Source: Paramicrosporidium saccamoebae KSL3 (lineage: Eukaryota; Fungi; Cryptomycota). Taken from it: a stretch of 32,000 nt of DNA. The notes under the pieces were generated by a model, which saw nothing but the letters and a program-made list of their open reading frames with translations, was not told the DNA's origin and ran no database searches. The stretch is taken from assembly GCA_002794465.1 (NCBI GenBank), contig MTSL01000205.1, positions 93,753 through 125,752 of the forward strand, in the 5' to 3' direction. Of the stretch, positions 28,805 through 32,000 are shown piece after piece (position 1 is the stretch's first letter; each line of letters opens with the position of its first letter). A program made the translations under genes and the position numbers.

Positions 28805-30397
28805 ATGGGGAAGAAAAATCGCAGATCACAACAGCTGGCAAAGTCCACTGAATCGGCCAAGATTGTTGAGGTGAATGTGGAAGGACCGCTTACTCTCGAT
28901 GAAGCCAAGGTGATGGGCGAAGTACCGGCGGACTATCACGTTGTGGAGGACGAGGGGCTGCTTCAGAGAGCATCGCACCTTTTTATGGGCGAAAGCAAGC
29001 ATGTGGATTTGCCCGCAACACCCGATAACGCCGAAGGGCTAGCTGGCGAGTCGGATTCCAAAAAGGTGACGTTTGCCGATCCAATCCACGAGGAGCAGAT
29101 GGTAGAGGGATCCAATAAGGCCAAATCTGATCATAGAAAGAGCCTCTTCGATTTCTTCCATTTGAATAAGAAAAAGAGTGACGATGACGAGAAGCCCGCA
29201 GCAGTAGAGCCTCATCCAGTTGACATTGTCGAGGCGCCAAAGCGTCAGGACGCAGGGCCCGTTAATGAGGGAATTGAGGCGGTAGAGGACAAGGTTGACG
29301 CCGCTATAGCAAGCGTTGAGGAACCTACGGGAGAGGCACCCGGGGAGTCTGTAGAAGATGCTAGCGCAGCGGCCACGGATTCTGTAAACAATGCCAAAGA
29401 AGAGCCGGCTAAGAAGAAGAGCGTTTTCAGCAACCTTTTCCATCATAAAAAGAGGCGAGAAGAAGTAAAGCCCGAAAGTGAGGTAACAGACAAGATTGAA
29501 GAGGCTGTAGCTAATGAGGGTCCTGGAAAGGTCGAATCTCATAAAGAACCCGTGGATCCCTCCGAGGCCATTGCTAAAAGGACCGACGACGGCGTATCTC
29601 CAGAGGTTGACAAGACTGGCGCAAAGAAAAAGAGTTTCTTTGGAGGGCTTTTTGCCAAAGAAGATTCCAAGGATCTTGACGCAAACGAAGAGGTAATTGA
29701 GATGGAAGAGGCACCCAAGGCGGAAGAAATTGTGCATGAAGACGTTGCAGTCGGCACAACCGGGACACCTGAAGCGGCTGATGTGGATCGGACCGATTCT
29801 GGTGGGTGTTTTGGCTTTTTCGGGGGAGCGACGGATGCCGAAGAGGCTGAGACCCCACCAGTGGAGGAGACGGTAGAAGCCGCTACAGAAGAAGTACAGC
29901 CTGAATCTTCGACATCTACAAATAGGAGATTCCCATTCTTTGGCCGTAATTACCTGCAACCTGCTGCAAATGCCGAGGTCGTCAAAGAAGGAACGGCCCA
30001 AAAGCAAAGCTACTTTCTCCATGGAAACCGTCTTCGCCACATTAGGCTCATGTCGGATGGAGTTTTCCAGTTTGGAACAAAGCCCAATCACTGGAAGCAT
30101 GCTAAAGGAATTAAACTGACTGGAAGCATGACGGTAGACTCAAAGGATAACAAATCGAGCTTCCCAGCAGTCGTCAAAGTATGCATGCCGGGAGTTCATC
30201 CAATCGTTCTCAGCTTCAGGACCGCCAGACAACGCGATGAGTGGGCGACAGTGCTTAATGATTTTAAAAGACGTCTAAGCGCAACTGCCCCCAATGCGGA
30301 CGGAGTTGTCCAGGTGCTAAAATCTAGTGTCTTTGAAGATAATGATGATGAAGCTGCTGGAACGGGACAGGTTAAGGGCGTCGCCTCGGAGAAATAA
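28805..30397 (+). CDS. Acidic low-complexity protein with repeated basic-aromatic motifs and a C-terminal PH-like domain, 530 aa
   Basis: Glu/Asp/Lys-rich and probably disordered for ~380 aa. The C-terminal beta-rich region ends in the PH-type helix FRTARQRDEWATVL. Confidence 0.7.
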   Translation: MGKKNRRSQQLAKSTESAKIVEVNVEGPLTLDEAKVMGEVPADYHVVEDEGLLQRASHLFMGESKHVDLPATPDNAEGLAGESDSKKVTFADPIHEEQMVEGSNKAKSDHRKSLFDFFHLNKKKSDDDEKPAAVEPHPVDIVEAPKRQDAGPVNEGIEAVEDKVDAAIASVEEPTGEAPGESVEDASAAATDSVNNAKEEPAKKKSVFSNLFHHKKRREEVKPESEVTDKIEEAVANEGPGKVESHKEPVDPSEAIAKRTDDGVSPEVDKTGAKKKSFFGGLFAKEDSKDLDANEEVIEMEEAPKAEEIVHEDVAVGTTGTPEAADVDRTDSGGCFGFFGGATDAEEAETPPVEETVEAATEEVQPESSTSTNRRFPFFGRNYLQPAANAEVVKEGTAQKQSYFLHGNRLRHIRLMSDGVFQFGTKPNHWKHAKGIKLTGSMTVDSKDNKSSFPAVVKVCMPGVHPIVLSFRTARQRDEWATVLNDFKRRLSATAPNADGVVQVLKSSVFEDNDDEAAGTGQVKGVASEK

Positions 30398-30621
30398 AAC
30401 TGTATAGCCCAAATATATCAAGCGGCTCCTGTAAATAAACATCTTGATATTTGCAAGATTTGTGGTAAAGACGCCGCGCGGGTGCTTTTGATACATTAAA
30501 TATTAGCTCTCTCACAGATTCATGCAGTGTTTATCTTTGATTGGCTCAAATCATGAAACTCGGAAACAGAGACCAAGGAAGCCCTTTATAGGCGTCCAGC
30601 TTACGCTGTCCAGCACAAATC

Positions 30622-31549
30622 ATGTTGCGCACAAATATTATGGCTGCTTTGGCAGGTTCGGCTATCGCTTTAGGGCGAAATGATCATCTAAACTATGACT
30701 GGGGACACTCTTTGTATGCGCCCTATATTTGTACACCGTCCGAGTCTGTACACTAATTCCATAGCGATTGAGGGACGCAACAACAATTGGGACTTTGATG
30801 CACTCGTCAGCATGCATGACTTTGTGCAGCTTACACCAGAGATGTCAAACAAGGTCGGATGGGCGTTTTCCAAAAAGGTATGACTCTTCTAGTGTCTCAA
30901 CTTGTAGCCATTCGAAGCAGAGAATTGGACTGTTGATTTCTTTTTTCGAATTACTGGAGCGCATCCTGCTGATGGCATGGCCTTTTGGTTTACTGAGGAG
31001 CAGTTTGTTCCTGGAAAAGCCTTTGGATATAAGGAAAATTTCAAAGGGCTTGGCGTCTTTTTCGATGTTTTCAAAAATCAGGCATCTCACTTTCCCCATC
31101 CGTACATTTCCGCCATGGTCGGCGATGGAATCAAAAAATTTGATCATCACACTGACGGGCAGGAATTTAGCATTGGCGGAAGCCACAAACAGATTCTGAA
31201 TACCCAACAGCCAGTGCAAGCACGAATCACCTATGACCGAAATACGCTGGAAGTGATGGTCAAAATTGAAGAGAACAATTGGGAAACTTGCTTCAAGGTT
31301 CCGGACGTGCATCTGCCAAAGACTGGCTATATTGGGTTTACTGCAGCGACAGGCGGTCTGGCTGCGCGACACGAGCTGCTGGCAGTCACCACTGCCGTGA
31401 TCGAAAGAGATCCTGGCCCATATTACACACCAGAGACTGAACACTCTGCATCGATCTCACTTTCAACTCTAACATTGCTTTTTGCAGCATCTGGCCTTGC
31501 CGGAATAGGTTACTACAAATATCAGAATAGGAAGAGACACCATTTCTAA
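30622..31549 (+). CDS. L-type lectin cargo receptor (VIP36/ERGIC-53/EMP46-47 family), 287 aa; exons 30622-30730, 30765-30877, 30908-31549
   Basis: Signal peptide, HSLYAPY, WDF, QLTP, ADGMAFW, FKGLGVFFDVF, GYIGFTAATGGL, a TM helix and cytosolic tail RKRHHF. Introns of 34 and 30 nt join the exons in frame. Confidence 0.9.
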
Positions 31550-31838
31550 ATAAAAACCGTCACTACCAGAATCGAAAAATTATCGTTTGCAAGTTTTTAG
31601 TAAAGCGTCGGGAGTCTTGGTTTTGCCTTGTGTACTTTTGCCATTCCTGATCCATAAATATACGCTTCTATAAACTACCCCCACTATAAGCTTTCGTTGC
31701 GTACCCCCCCCCTACCATACGCCTCCATGACATATCCCCCCCGCTGTACTCTCTCACAAATTTAAATAAAATTATCTCCCTTCGAGGATCGTATTTTTAA
31801 GAATAATAGTTTGCAATCTCGTTTCCGTCCCGCCTTTC

Positions 31839-32000
31839 ATGCTTTCCGTGTCGGAAGATGACGACATTTTCTCAGTTGTTCTGGGATTCCACTTTGCAAG
31901 TATTGAGCCGCTACAGGATGGTAGGTTCTACCCCCTAGACTCCTAATATAAAGTCCATGAATGTGTTTTGGGAGCACTGAATAGCCAAGCCTCTTATTTT
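31839..32000 (+). CDS. 5' part of a hypothetical gene running off the window; exon 1 31839-31920, exon 2 from 31954
   Basis: ATG at 31839 and a 33-nt intron at 31921-31953 (GTAGGT...CTAAT...AAG). The frame stays open to the window end. Confidence 0.55.

Noticed and set aside
31677-31742. Three poly-C tracts (possible G-quadruplex on the minus strand)
   Set aside because: Only three clear G-runs with long loops, and no further support.
1-32000. CRISPR array, prokaryotic operon, prophage or transposase
   Set aside because: The sequence is eukaryotic with spliceosomal introns. There are no regularly spaced repeats and no DDE, RT or integrase ORF.

Overview
Gene-dense eukaryotic DNA. There are about 21 protein genes. 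Some start or stop codons lie only 3-59 nt apart, and 14 GT-AG introns of 29-37 nt could be reconstructed by hand. Housekeeping genes (DRS1, NGL/CCR4-family nuclease, PRL phosphatase, proteasome alpha1, PTS, KMO, GET5-like, GT90, eIF4G, PHO85, phospholipase B, YTH, CENP-S, TMEM70-like, L-type lectin) suggest a compact early-diverging fungal-lineage organism that keeps a respiring mitochondrion. A Rozellomycota or short-branch microsporidian parasite fits, but that assignment is inference. The standout accessory feature is a tandem array of three ~800-aa genes (4818-12560). Each encodes a putative signal peptide, a conserved N-terminal domain with an F-box-like segment, and ~17 degenerate ankyrin-like repeats. 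The copies are sequence mosaics with gene-conversion tracts and a variable island, which fits a diversifying secreted-effector family. The longer intergenic gaps hold small dispersed repeats, including a ~100-140 nt element with an inverted-repeat terminus. Several ORF-track starts are TTG/GTG artefacts and were moved to the first plausible ATG. No rRNA, tRNA, CRISPR array or transposase was found.
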